Origin: an uncultured Gammaproteobacteria bacterium | GTDB lineage: Bacteria; Patescibacteriota; Patescibacteriia; Magasanikbacterales; GWA2-37-8 | Reading direction: 5' to 3' | DNA: 64,000 bases | Assembly (NCBI GenBank): GCA_964619625.1 | Contig: CAZUFD010000003.1 | Coordinates: forward strand, 30,282 to 94,281 | Part shown: piece by piece, positions 48,331 through 56,948 of the stretch | How the letters are laid out: each line of letters begins with the position of its first letter | How positions within the stretch are numbered: position 1 is the first letter of the stretch | The notes under the pieces: generated by a model | Databases searched by the model: none | Told to the model about the DNA's origin: nothing | What the model saw: only the letters and a program-made list of their open reading frames with translations | Made by a program: the position numbers and the translations under genes

Positions 48331-48368
48331 GAGCGCCAGGATAATCATCCCGGCGCTCAAATTATTTT
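48331..48368 (+). terminator. intrinsic terminator (GAGCGCCAGG...CCCGGCGCTC + A/T tail)
   Basis: 9-bp GC-rich stem after Y3 stop. Confidence 0.55.
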
Positions 48369-48404
48369 AGAATAATTATTTCAATTTTTCATTTTTTAAA
48401 TTAA

Positions 48405-48866
48405 TTAACGAATAGACCCCCAATTATTTAGATATTCTTGTGCACCGGGATTTACTTCTCCGCTTTTATTCAGAGACACTATAAATTTATATAATTTATT
48501 GTTATTTGATCTGGTTTCTTTTAATTTTAAAGTCGGGACAATAAAAAACATGTTATGCTCAAACCACAGACCTATTAAGTAATCGGCTTCGGTTTTTTCT
48601 ACTTCAGTCAACGTAAAATGTGTAACGCTATTGTGGTTACTCGACGAGCTAACCAATCTTTGCCGCGTCTTAACTTCCAGTTTAATTTTTCTACCATTTG
48701 AATGGTTAAACAAAAGTATATCATACCCCTTTTCATCATAGTTTCTATATACAGACCAACCTTTGGCATTAAAATAATAATATAAGTAAAACATCACAGA
48801 AAGTTCTCCGATCTCTTTCAAAGAGTCACTTATATTTTGTGCGGTTTTTTTATTGATAAATTCCAT
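48405..48866 (-). CDS. PD-(D/E)XK-like nuclease-fold protein (hypothetical)
   Basis: GYDILLFNHSNGRKIKLEVKTRQ resembles D...E.K catalytic motif. Confidence 0.5.
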   Translation of the reverse strand: MEFINKKTAQNISDSLKEIGELSVMFYLYYYFNAKGWSVYRNYDEKGYDILLFNHSNGRKIKLEVKTRQRLVSSSSNHNSVTHFTLTEVEKTEADYLIGLWFEHNMFFIVPTLKLKETRSNNNKLYKFIVSLNKSGEVNPGAQEYLNNWGSIR

Positions 48867-48876
48867 AGCTTAACTC

Positions 48877-51144
48877 TTACTTCTTCCAAAATCGTCCTTC
48901 TTCAAACATTTGGCGCTTCCATCTGTAAAAATCCAAATATTCACACAGGGTAAGCGGTGTGCTGGTAGCTACACTCTCTTCTTCACCGCATCGCAATTCA
49001 CTGGGAATTTCATAGCGAACATCTCTCTTATCTCCGGTTTCTTGGTTTATATACAATCCATACTCGTGCATACCCAAAATATTTTGGTATTTCTGTCTAT
49101 CCTCCAAAATGGAATGGCCTTCAAAACCATTGGCGGTATTGATATTTAAAATTTGCAAAATTGTTGGTGAAATATCTATGCCGGAGGCATACAGGTTAAC
49201 TTCTTTTGGCAAACTGCCTCCGGGCGCGTACATCATCAACATATTTTCATCGTAGAAACTAAGATTTTTAGCCTCGGCTGGAAACAAATCCTTTATATCC
49301 CGTCCTGGGAACACCGCATGATCCGCTACCGCCACCACTATCGTATTATCGTAGTACGGGCTTTGTTTAAACTCTTGCCAAAATTTGCCAAAAGCATCAT
49401 CGGCCGTATGGTATGAATTTAACACATCGTTTTTTCCATCTTTATACAAAACCATATCCTTGGCCAAATTAAACGGCGCGTGCGTATCTACCGTGGAAAG
49501 CATCATCAAAAACGGGACGTCTGTTTTATAGCTATCAACTTCGTGTATGCGCTGCCACATGGCCGGATACAGCTGATGATCGGAATAGCCCCAAGATAGC
49601 GGCTCGCCTTCTATAATATTTTTTAATTCTTCTTGGCCATAAATTCCATCCGTATCCATGCTTTTAAAAATGGCATTTTTGTTTTCAAATTCTTTGGGCA
49701 CGGCCGTAATATAGGTAGCTGATTTATAGCCGTTATTTTTCAAAATAGTTGGCAAACAAAGCAAGCGCAGTCTTTGCAAATTTTTATTATCCTCTACTTC
49801 CGTATAACCAGTCGGCGGCAAGAACGAACATAACTGGGCAATAATGCCGTTTATCGTGGGTGTGGAGGCGTTATAGAAATTTTTAAATATAGTAGTGTGA
49901 GAATCGCCGGCCATTTGTTCCAGACCCGGGGTTAAACCATCTAACTGTTTGTTATAAACGCTCGTAAGACGGCTGGAAAAAGATTCAAAAAAAATAATTA
50001 TGACATTCGGTTTGTTGGTATTAAACTTTTCCGGCAAAAATGTTTTGTCAGTCGTAAAAACTTTGTCTTTATGAGCAAGATAGAACTCGCTTGTATTGTA
50101 AAACAATCCAAATCTTTCCAATTTTTCTTTTACGGCCGGGCTTAGTGTAACTTCGGTTTTATCACCTAAAAAATAATTATAAAAATTTCTGGCAATAGTA
50201 TATTCGGGTGTATTTTGAAAAGAGCTTAAACCAAATAAAGAAAACAGGGCTACGGCTATAAGTGCCAGGCTATAATAAACCCACTGGCGAAAGACGCTCA
50301 TTTGAAAAGATTTGATAATTTGGTAAAAAATCAAGCTAAATATAATCAAGGCTGATACATTTCCCGCTACAACTATGATTGTTATCCAGTTAAAAGCAAG
50401 GCCAGGAGCTCCGTCAGCCACAGCGAGCATTAAAGGGCTAATATATAGCCCGGTAAAATACATGATCCCAATATTTATACTCCAAAAAACCAATAAAAAT
50501 ATAAAACATATCACCCACAAACCCAAGGCAATATAACGCAAGAACGGGGTTTTTATTTTCCAATAAATAAGCACCGAAACCGCAAATCCGAGCACCCAAA
50601 ACATAGTCATAGCCCAGGCGCGAAACAAAACAATGTTATGAAACTTTAAATACGAATCAAAGTTGGCAAAGCTAAACGCCAAAAATTGAAATACGGAAAA
50701 TAAAATAAGCAGGAAAAAAACTACGGTAAAAATGTTTCTATTTACAAGTTTCCACTTATGGGCGCCGGGATGATGCGATAAGTAGGTTTGAGTTTTATAA
50801 AAAAATAAACTCATTAAAAATAAAAATGAGAATATGCTTAACAACTGATGGCGGCTAAAAAATATTAAGAAAAAAAGAGAAAATAGAAAAAACAAGCTAT
50901 CCAAAAACTTGCCGAATTCTTTCTGCCAAAAAATATGGCGATTGAATTTGGCTGTAAAAAAATGATACAGCCATTTGAATACCTGATAGCCGATACATAC
51001 CGCCGCCCAAGTGGCGATGGAAATAAAAACAAAGCGGCTATGCGGACGATATGGCGTATGGTACCAGTTCCAGCCGGCGGAAATTATGAAGGCCGCGACA
51101 AACGTTTGAATTTTACCCCACCATGTTTTGAGCCTTATAAACAT
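48877..51144 (-). CDS. LtaS/MdoB-like sulfatase-family membrane protein (alkaline-phosphatase superfamily)
   Basis: About 10 N-terminal TM helices plus C-terminal sulfatase domain (PNVIIIFFESFSS). Confidence 0.8.
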   Translation of the reverse strand: MFIRLKTWWGKIQTFVAAFIISAGWNWYHTPYRPHSRFVFISIATWAAVCIGYQVFKWLYHFFTAKFNRHIFWQKEFGKFLDSLFFLFSLFFLIFFSRHQLLSIFSFLFLMSLFFYKTQTYLSHHPGAHKWKLVNRNIFTVVFFLLILFSVFQFLAFSFANFDSYLKFHNIVLFRAWAMTMFWVLGFAVSVLIYWKIKTPFLRYIALGLWVICFIFLLVFWSINIGIMYFTGLYISPLMLAVADGAPGLAFNWITIIVVAGNVSALIIFSLIFYQIIKSFQMSVFRQWVYYSLALIAVALFSLFGLSSFQNTPEYTIARNFYNYFLGDKTEVTLSPAVKEKLERFGLFYNTSEFYLAHKDKVFTTDKTFLPEKFNTNKPNVIIIFFESFSSRLTSVYNKQLDGLTPGLEQMAGDSHTTIFKNFYNASTPTINGIIAQLCSFLPPTGYTEVEDNKNLQRLRLLCLPTILKNNGYKSATYITAVPKEFENKNAIFKSMDTDGIYGQEELKNIIEGEPLSWGYSDHQLYPAMWQRIHEVDSYKTDVPFLMMLSTVDTHAPFNLAKDMVLYKDGKNDVLNSYHTADDAFGKFWQEFKQSPYYDNTIVVAVADHAVFPGRDIKDLFPAEAKNLSFYDENMLMMYAPGGSLPKEVNLYASGIDISPTILQILNINTANGFEGHSILEDRQKYQNILGMHEYGLYINQETGDKRDVRYEIPSELRCGEEESVATSTPLTLCEYLDFYRWKRQMFEEGRFWKK

Positions 51145-51385
51145 AATTCCCCTAGTACAATTTTAAAAATTATAAAAAGGTACGCAATTTTTTGTATTGT
51201 TATACCTCTTAGTTCGGCAAAATTTCTTTTCTTTTGTTCCATCTTCCACCAAACAGCCTCTAAATGAATTCCGTTTGGCGCAGGTTGCCGATAAAGATGA
51301 ATTTATGAAATGATAAACTATGAGCAACAAAAAAGCCAACGAGAAAAATATAGAGTATTTAACATTTCTTGACACAGGTTTTTAC

Positions 51386-51745
51386 TTAGAGCTCAACGTG
51401 GTATTCCTTGTTTTTCCTGGAAATTTTTTTGTCTTTTTCAGTTACGCGATGTTTGAGTTTGTATTTTTTGAGCTCCGTTTCCAAATAATCCCGAACCGCG
51501 TCTATAGCTTTATATAAATTTTCTTCCTGTTTGGCGGCAAACAAATTTTTACCGGGCACATCCAGTTTAAATTCCGCGAAAAACATGTCGCCTTTACGAT
51601 GATGGCGGCTATTAAGGCCTAGGATTATTTCGGTTCTAATGATGCGGTCATTATAAAATTTATTTAAAGCCTCTGCTTTTTTGGATGCGTAATCCTTTAT
51701 GGCTGATGTTAGCTCAATACCCCTGCCTGTGATTTGTATTTTCAT
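51386..51745 (-). CDS. hpf: ribosome hibernation promoting factor (RaiA/HPF family)
   Basis: MKIQITGRGIELTSAIKDYASKKAEALNKFYNDRI typical HPF. Confidence 0.85.
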   Translation of the reverse strand: MKIQITGRGIELTSAIKDYASKKAEALNKFYNDRIIRTEIILGLNSRHHRKGDMFFAEFKLDVPGKNLFAAKQEENLYKAIDAVRDYLETELKKYKLKHRVTEKDKKISRKNKEYHVEL

Positions 51746-51747
51746 AT

Positions 51748-51800
51748 GCGAAATGAGTGAGTTAAATAATGAGTGAGAAAATAATGAGCTTGCTCAATTA
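51748..51800. repeat. three to four direct repeats with 16-bp period (AATGAGTGAG..)
   Basis: AATGAG at 51751, 51767, 51783 (plus degenerate copies) immediately upstream of hpf start. Confidence 0.4.
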
Positions 51801-51867
51801 TTTTCTAATGAAATTATTTATGAGCGAATGAGTATATATGGGCTTTATCCCATATAATGTAAATTAA

Positions 51868-52815
51868 TTATTTAACAATTTGCACTTCAGGCTCTAGCTC
51901 CACGCCATATCTATCATACACTTTTTGCTTTATCTGTTCAACCAAATCAAGCACATCAGATTGCGTGGCTTTGTTAAAATTTATCAGATAATTGCCGTGC
52001 TCATCGGAAATCTTGGCGCCTCCGACAGAAAGGCCGCGCAACGCCATTTGTTCAGTTATCCATCCGACCGGCACCGTACCGCGCTGCAAAAACAATTCAG
52101 GTAAATTTTTTGTATCCTGCACCCACTGGGCCAGCTTTATATTTTTGAAAAAACTGCCTGCTGACGGGTATGGCGTATGCTTGCGTTGTTGCAAATATTT
52201 TTGCATCCGCTCCAAAATTTCTTGTTTGTCTCCGGGTTCCAAGTAAATTGCGCCGCCTAGCACAATATCCTTATTATGCTTAAAACTGCTATTGCGATAA
52301 CTAAAACCGCACTCTTCGGGCTTGAGCCGCACCACTTCCCCATTTCGCCAAACCTCCACCCATTTAAGCACTCGGGCAATTTCTTTTCCCATGGCGCCGG
52401 CATTGCCCCGAATCGCACCGCCAAACGTACCCGGAATACCTATTCCCCAATCTATGCCGGTTAAACCGTTCTTTGCGCCCAAGTTTACTACCGCGCTCAG
52501 CATTACCCCAGCTTCCACCTCTATTTCAAAACCAAAACCATCCACAGTTATTTTTGGCGGCGTCGTGGTAGCAATTTTTATTACAATTCCCTCAAAACCT
52601 TCGTCGCTGAGAAGTAAATTTGAACCCCCGGCCAAAATAAAATAATCAAGCCCTTCGGCATTTAAGTAATTTAACAATCCAACTAATTTATCCGTTTTGC
52701 TTACAACTACAAAAAGCTTGGCCGGACCCCCGATCTTAAAGGTTACATGTTTAGCCAAGGATTCATTGATTTTTACCTCACCAAATTCCTTAAGTTTATT
52801 ATATAATTCATCCAT
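51868..52815 (-). CDS. murB: UDP-N-acetylenolpyruvoylglucosamine reductase
   Basis: FAD-binding LAKHVTFKIGGPAKLFV ... ILAGGSNLL. Confidence 0.9.
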   Translation of the reverse strand: MDELYNKLKEFGEVKINESLAKHVTFKIGGPAKLFVVVSKTDKLVGLLNYLNAEGLDYFILAGGSNLLLSDEGFEGIVIKIATTTPPKITVDGFGFEIEVEAGVMLSAVVNLGAKNGLTGIDWGIGIPGTFGGAIRGNAGAMGKEIARVLKWVEVWRNGEVVRLKPEECGFSYRNSSFKHNKDIVLGGAIYLEPGDKQEILERMQKYLQQRKHTPYPSAGSFFKNIKLAQWVQDTKNLPELFLQRGTVPVGWITEQMALRGLSVGGAKISDEHGNYLINFNKATQSDVLDLVEQIKQKVYDRYGVELEPEVQIVK

Positions 52816-52936
52816 ATAGAACAGCTTGCTTTTTACGCCTTTCTCAGGTATAGTATTAGCGTAAAATAAACGAAATTAAGGCTTATTTTAGCCTCCGGAC
52901 AGCGCCGCGCAGGTCACTTAAGTATATAGCAAAAGT

Positions 52937-54226
52937 ATGGCAAATTCAAGTGAGTTAAGCAAGTCCTTGGCCAAACGATTATCCAACCGCCGTTTGTTTT
53001 ATGTTTGCCGCGATATAGAACGCGCTATGGGCAGTGAACAAGGCTTGAAAAATTATTATATTATTACCAACTACAGCAGTCTTGCCAGCCGTATGGCCAG
53101 CCAGTACCAAAATATAATAATTATAAAAGATAAATCCACCCTGGATACCGCCGAGTTATTAAACCACCACCAAACTATAAAAATCATCAAACCAAAAGAT
53201 TTTGTTTTAGTGTTTAAAAATAATGCTATTATTGAAAACATTTGCCGTACTCATAAATGGAAGCTGCTCAACCCTTCTTCTCAATTGGCGGACAAAGTGG
53301 AAAGCAAGGTATCGCAAGTAGAATGGCTTGGCAATCTGGCTGCATTTCTACCGCCGCACCACATTAGCACCTGCGCTCAGATACAATGGCAGCACAAAAA
53401 ATTTATTTTACAATTTAACCATTCTCATACCGGTAGCGGCACTTTTTTAATTGATTCTCAAAAAAAATTAAAGGAATTACAAAAAAAATTTTCCAACCGG
53501 CCAGTGCGAATAATGGGTTTTATCAGCGGACCTGTATTTACTAACAATAATGTAGTTTGGGGAACCAAAACGCTTGTCGGTAATATCAGCTATCAGATTA
53601 CCGGTTTAACGCCGTTTACCGATAACAAATTTTCTACAATTGGCAACGACTTTGCGCTGCCAAATATATTATTAAATAAGAAAAATCCCAAAGGGATCCC
53701 TTCGGGACAAGTAAAACAGTATGCTAAAATCGTAATGAGTATCGGCAAGAGGCTGCATAAACAGGGTTGGAAAGGGCTGTTTGGCGTAGATATAATTATG
53801 GATGCAAAAACTAAACGGCTTTATTTATTAGAAATAAACGCGCGCCAACCCGCTTCTACCGGTTTTGAATCACAGTTACAAAACGTACATACAAAACAAC
53901 AAAAAGGCAGCTATATAACCACGTTCCAAGCTCATTTTGCAGCCTTGCTTGGTATAAAATTCCAAAATTATCAGTTAACCGCTATCCAAACCGGATCTCA
54001 GATAGTGCAGCGGGTTACCACAGACAAACAGTATAAAAATATAAATGAATATTGGAAAAAATTAAAAAAATTAGCGTCTACAAACCCTGCTGTAATTAAT
54101 ATATTGCCCTATAACAATACTGCTCCCGGTTCAGACTTAGCTCGCATTCAACTAAGCGAAGGGGTTATGGCTAAACATGGGTACTTTAATAAGCTCGGCA
54201 AAGAAATCCAAGCGTCTATATGCTAA
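52937..54226 (+). CDS. ATP-grasp family ligase (unknown substrate)
   Basis: C-terminal GLFGVDIIMDAKTKRLYLLEINARQPAS (ATP-grasp E-x-N motif). Confidence 0.6.
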   Translation: MANSSELSKSLAKRLSNRRLFYVCRDIERAMGSEQGLKNYYIITNYSSLASRMASQYQNIIIIKDKSTLDTAELLNHHQTIKIIKPKDFVLVFKNNAIIENICRTHKWKLLNPSSQLADKVESKVSQVEWLGNLAAFLPPHHISTCAQIQWQHKKFILQFNHSHTGSGTFLIDSQKKLKELQKKFSNRPVRIMGFISGPVFTNNNVVWGTKTLVGNISYQITGLTPFTDNKFSTIGNDFALPNILLNKKNPKGIPSGQVKQYAKIVMSIGKRLHKQGWKGLFGVDIIMDAKTKRLYLLEINARQPASTGFESQLQNVHTKQQKGSYITTFQAHFAALLGIKFQNYQLTAIQTGSQIVQRVTTDKQYKNINEYWKKLKKLASTNPAVINILPYNNTAPGSDLARIQLSEGVMAKHGYFNKLGKEIQASIC

Positions 54227-54987
54227 ATCAAACTAAACTATCTCCTCAAGCGGAAAAAGTTATTACGGATTACCTTAATCTGCCTTTTCCAACCCAAGGC
54301 GTACGATGTCCGTATTTTAATAATGCCAGAGTTCGCCAGCGAGGCCAGTTAAAAGTTTTAATTGGCAAAGGCACGCCGCAGGAAATCTTGGAAGAAGCCC
54401 GTATTATTGCCACTCAATATAAGCAAGATATTTTTACGTTTACCGATCCGGAACAAATCCGTAAATTTTTAATAGAACACCGCTTGGGCATAGATTGCTC
54501 CGGATTTATTACGGGTGTTTTAAAAGAAGAATACGCGGCAAAAGGCGCGGACTTAACCAAACGAATTTTTATTACACCCAAGACAAATGTGCTGCGCTGG
54601 TTAATTAGCCGTTTGCGACCCGTTGAACAGATCAGCGTAAACGTCTACGCTAACGATAAAAATACTGAAATAATTTATAATCTGTCCGAAATTAAGGCCG
54701 GCGATTTGATTGTCATGCTTAAAACCGGCCCCAATAAAAATCACGATCATATACTGCTGGTTACCGAAACAAATGGAAATGTTATACAATATGCTCATGC
54801 TCGCGCCTGGTCTAGCGAAGGCAGATACGGCCATGGTGTTGCCGCTGGAACTATTACGCTTACCGAACCAGACAAATCAATTCTCTATCAAACTTGGGAA
54901 GAAAAAAATAAAACCAACGAGGATAGCGAAACTTTTATAGAAGCCAAACAAGCTACGATTCTACAAATTAAACGCTTGAGATTTTAA
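54220..54987 (+). CDS. putative papain-like (NlpC/P60/CHAP-type) cysteine hydrolase
   Basis: GIDCSGFITGV candidate nucleophile, downstream NHDHILLV; overlaps ATP-grasp gene by 7 nt. Confidence 0.4.
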   Translation: MLNQTKLSPQAEKVITDYLNLPFPTQGVRCPYFNNARVRQRGQLKVLIGKGTPQEILEEARIIATQYKQDIFTFTDPEQIRKFLIEHRLGIDCSGFITGVLKEEYAAKGADLTKRIFITPKTNVLRWLISRLRPVEQISVNVYANDKNTEIIYNLSEIKAGDLIVMLKTGPNKNHDHILLVTETNGNVIQYAHARAWSSEGRYGHGVAAGTITLTEPDKSILYQTWEEKNKTNEDSETFIEAKQATILQIKRLRF

Positions 54988-55025
54988 ATATATAGGCTAA
55001 AGCCGCATATACTCTCATTTCAAAT

Positions 55026-56141
55026 ATGAACGTAAATATAATTCAACACGCCCTGGTCTACTTATTATTTTCAGCCATTGGCGCTTTTATTTGGGCGCCG
55101 CTGCTGACGAAATTTTTGTATAAATACAAAATTACCCGCCGCAGCGAGTTTGATTTTACCCTTAAAGGGGAACGGGATTATAAAACCGGCACGCCGATTA
55201 TGGGCGGACTTCTGGTGGTTGTAACCGTAACCGTAATCACAATACTGTTCAACTGGAACCGAGAAAATACCTATGTGCCGATTGGTGTCATGGGTATCGC
55301 GGCCTTACTGGGCGGCGCCGATGACTTGCTTAATATTTTTGGCAAAAAAAGACGCGAGCGCCATATTTCACATATTTTAAACCTGATTGTCGTACACAAA
55401 CTGTGGTATATGAAACTGTGGTATATGCTTATTTTGCCATGGGAAGTATTTAGAAAAACCGTTTCTATTTTTGGCTCTCATCCGGGCCGAGGTATTCAAG
55501 TGCATGAAAAACTAATTTTTCAATTTGTGGCCGGCGCGATTACCGCTTGGTGGATTTATTATAAATTGGGCGTGCAATGGCATTCATTATGGATACCTTT
55601 TGACGGGCAGCCATATATTGGCTGGTGGATAATTCCAATTGTGATCTTTTTTGTGATGTTTACCGCCAACGCCGTAAATTTTGCCGATGGTTTGGATGGA
55701 CTGGTGGGCGGATCTCTGATAATTACCTTTTTGGGGCTTATGATAATCAGCTGGACCGAAGGCCGCATTTCTTTTACCTATCTTAACGCCACGGTTGTGG
55801 GTGCGCTTATTGCTTATACATATTTTAACGTTAAACCGGCCCGGTTTCAGATGGGAGACGTGGGTTCTTTGGGGCTTGGATCGCTGCTGGCCATTAACGC
55901 TATTGCTATAAACCGCACCATGCTAATTCCTTTCCTCGGTTTTATTTTTTATGTAGAAATTATCTCGGTGATTATCCAGGTATTCTGTCGCAGATTATTA
56001 GGAAGAAGATTTTTTAAAATGGCGCCGCTGCACCACCATTTTGAATTTCGCGGCTGGAGCGAAGAAAAAATTGTAATGAGATTTTGGTTAATCCATGGAT
56101 TTTTTGTGATTGTGGCTGTATGGATGAGTTTGTATAAGTAA
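55026..56141 (+). CDS. mraY: phospho-N-acetylmuramoyl-pentapeptide transferase
   Basis: Polytopic; DDLLNIFG, NAVNFADGLDGL motifs; contains 15-nt in-frame tandem duplication (KLWYMKLWYM). Confidence 0.9.
   Translation: MNVNIIQHALVYLLFSAIGAFIWAPLLTKFLYKYKITRRSEFDFTLKGERDYKTGTPIMGGLLVVVTVTVITILFNWNRENTYVPIGVMGIAALLGGADDLLNIFGKKRRERHISHILNLIVVHKLWYMKLWYMLILPWEVFRKTVSIFGSHPGRGIQVHEKLIFQFVAGAITAWWIYYKLGVQWHSLWIPFDGQPYIGWWIIPIVIFFVMFTANAVNFADGLDGLVGGSLIITFLGLMIISWTEGRISFTYLNATVVGALIAYTYFNVKPARFQMGDVGSLGLGSLLAINAIAINRTMLIPFLGFIFYVEIISVIIQVFCRRLLGRRFFKMAPLHHHFEFRGWSEEKIVMRFWLIHGFFVIVAVWMSLYK
55398..55427 (+). repeat. perfect 15-nt tandem duplication AAACTGTGGTATATG x2 inside mraY
   Basis: Exact adjacent copies; in-frame (5 codons). 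Confidence 0.8.
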
Positions 56142-56224
56142 ACTTGAAATTACGTCGGGTCTCACAAATTAGAAATCTATTTCTAATTTGATTCAACCCT
56201 AGAAATTATAAGTAATAATTAAGT

Positions 56225-56905
56225 ATGTACCTATCCTGGAACGAAAAAACTATAACTGATTTTTCTGATAAAAATATTGAAGCCATATATAATGACGGCT
56301 ATGTTTTTACGCGTCTGGGCAAGGGTATGATGAACCAAACCAGAATTTTACGAATTGATTTAAATCAATTCAAATTATCCTCGGAAAATAAAAGAATTTT
56401 AAAAAAAACAGAAGACTTGAGCTTGTTTGTCGCGCCTATCCCCTACGACAACTATGATTGGGCTATTCATAAAATGGGAAAAGATTTTTATGAACATAAA
56501 TTCGGCGTCAAAACTTTTAGCGCTCAAAAAATAAAAGAGTTGATTACCGATAGAAATAAAAGCAATTTTAATAAGTTGTTTATTTATTATAAAAGCGGAG
56601 AAAATTTGGGATACTGCATATCCTTGGAAACAGCCAGTATTTTGCATTATTGCTACCCTTTTTATAATTTAGAATCAAACTACCCCAATTTGGGTATGGG
56701 CATGATGCTCAAAGCCGTTATGTGGGCCAAAGAAAATAATAAAAAATATATTTATCTGGGCTCAGCTCAGCGCCCCGCCGATACGTATAAATTGCAATTT
56801 TCCGGACTGGAATGGTTTGATGGCAAAAAATGGAGTGAAGACTTAATAAAATTAAAGAAATTACTAACTGTCATTCCCACCGCAAGCGGGAATCCAGACA
56901 ATTAA
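56225..56905 (+). CDS. aminoacyl-tRNA:protein/peptide transferase-like (ATE/Bpt - FemXAB-like GNAT fold)
   Basis: C-terminal ...YIYLGSAQRPADTYKLQFSGLEWFDGKKW resembles ATE_C YK..F...E motif; located in cell-wall gene cluster. Confidence 0.5.
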   Translation: MYLSWNEKTITDFSDKNIEAIYNDGYVFTRLGKGMMNQTRILRIDLNQFKLSSENKRILKKTEDLSLFVAPIPYDNYDWAIHKMGKDFYEHKFGVKTFSAQKIKELITDRNKSNFNKLFIYYKSGENLGYCISLETASILHYCYPFYNLESNYPNLGMGMMLKAVMWAKENNKKYIYLGSAQRPADTYKLQFSGLEWFDGKKWSEDLIKLKKLLTVIPTASGNPDN

Positions 56906-56948
56906 ATTGGGATACTAGATTCCCCCGACCCAGTCGGGGGAATGACAA

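Noticed and set aside
51163-51375. 70-aa minus-strand ORF between sulfatase gene and hpf
   Set aside because: No SD and no motif, and it spans the likely sulfatase promoter region. Could be a small membrane protein but support is insufficient.
55398-55427. CRISPR array
   Set aside because: The only direct repeats are a 2-copy 15-nt duplication in mraY, a 16-bp periodic array upstream of hpf and 3 dispersed 35-nt mini-repeats. None has the repeat-spacer architecture, and no cas genes are present.
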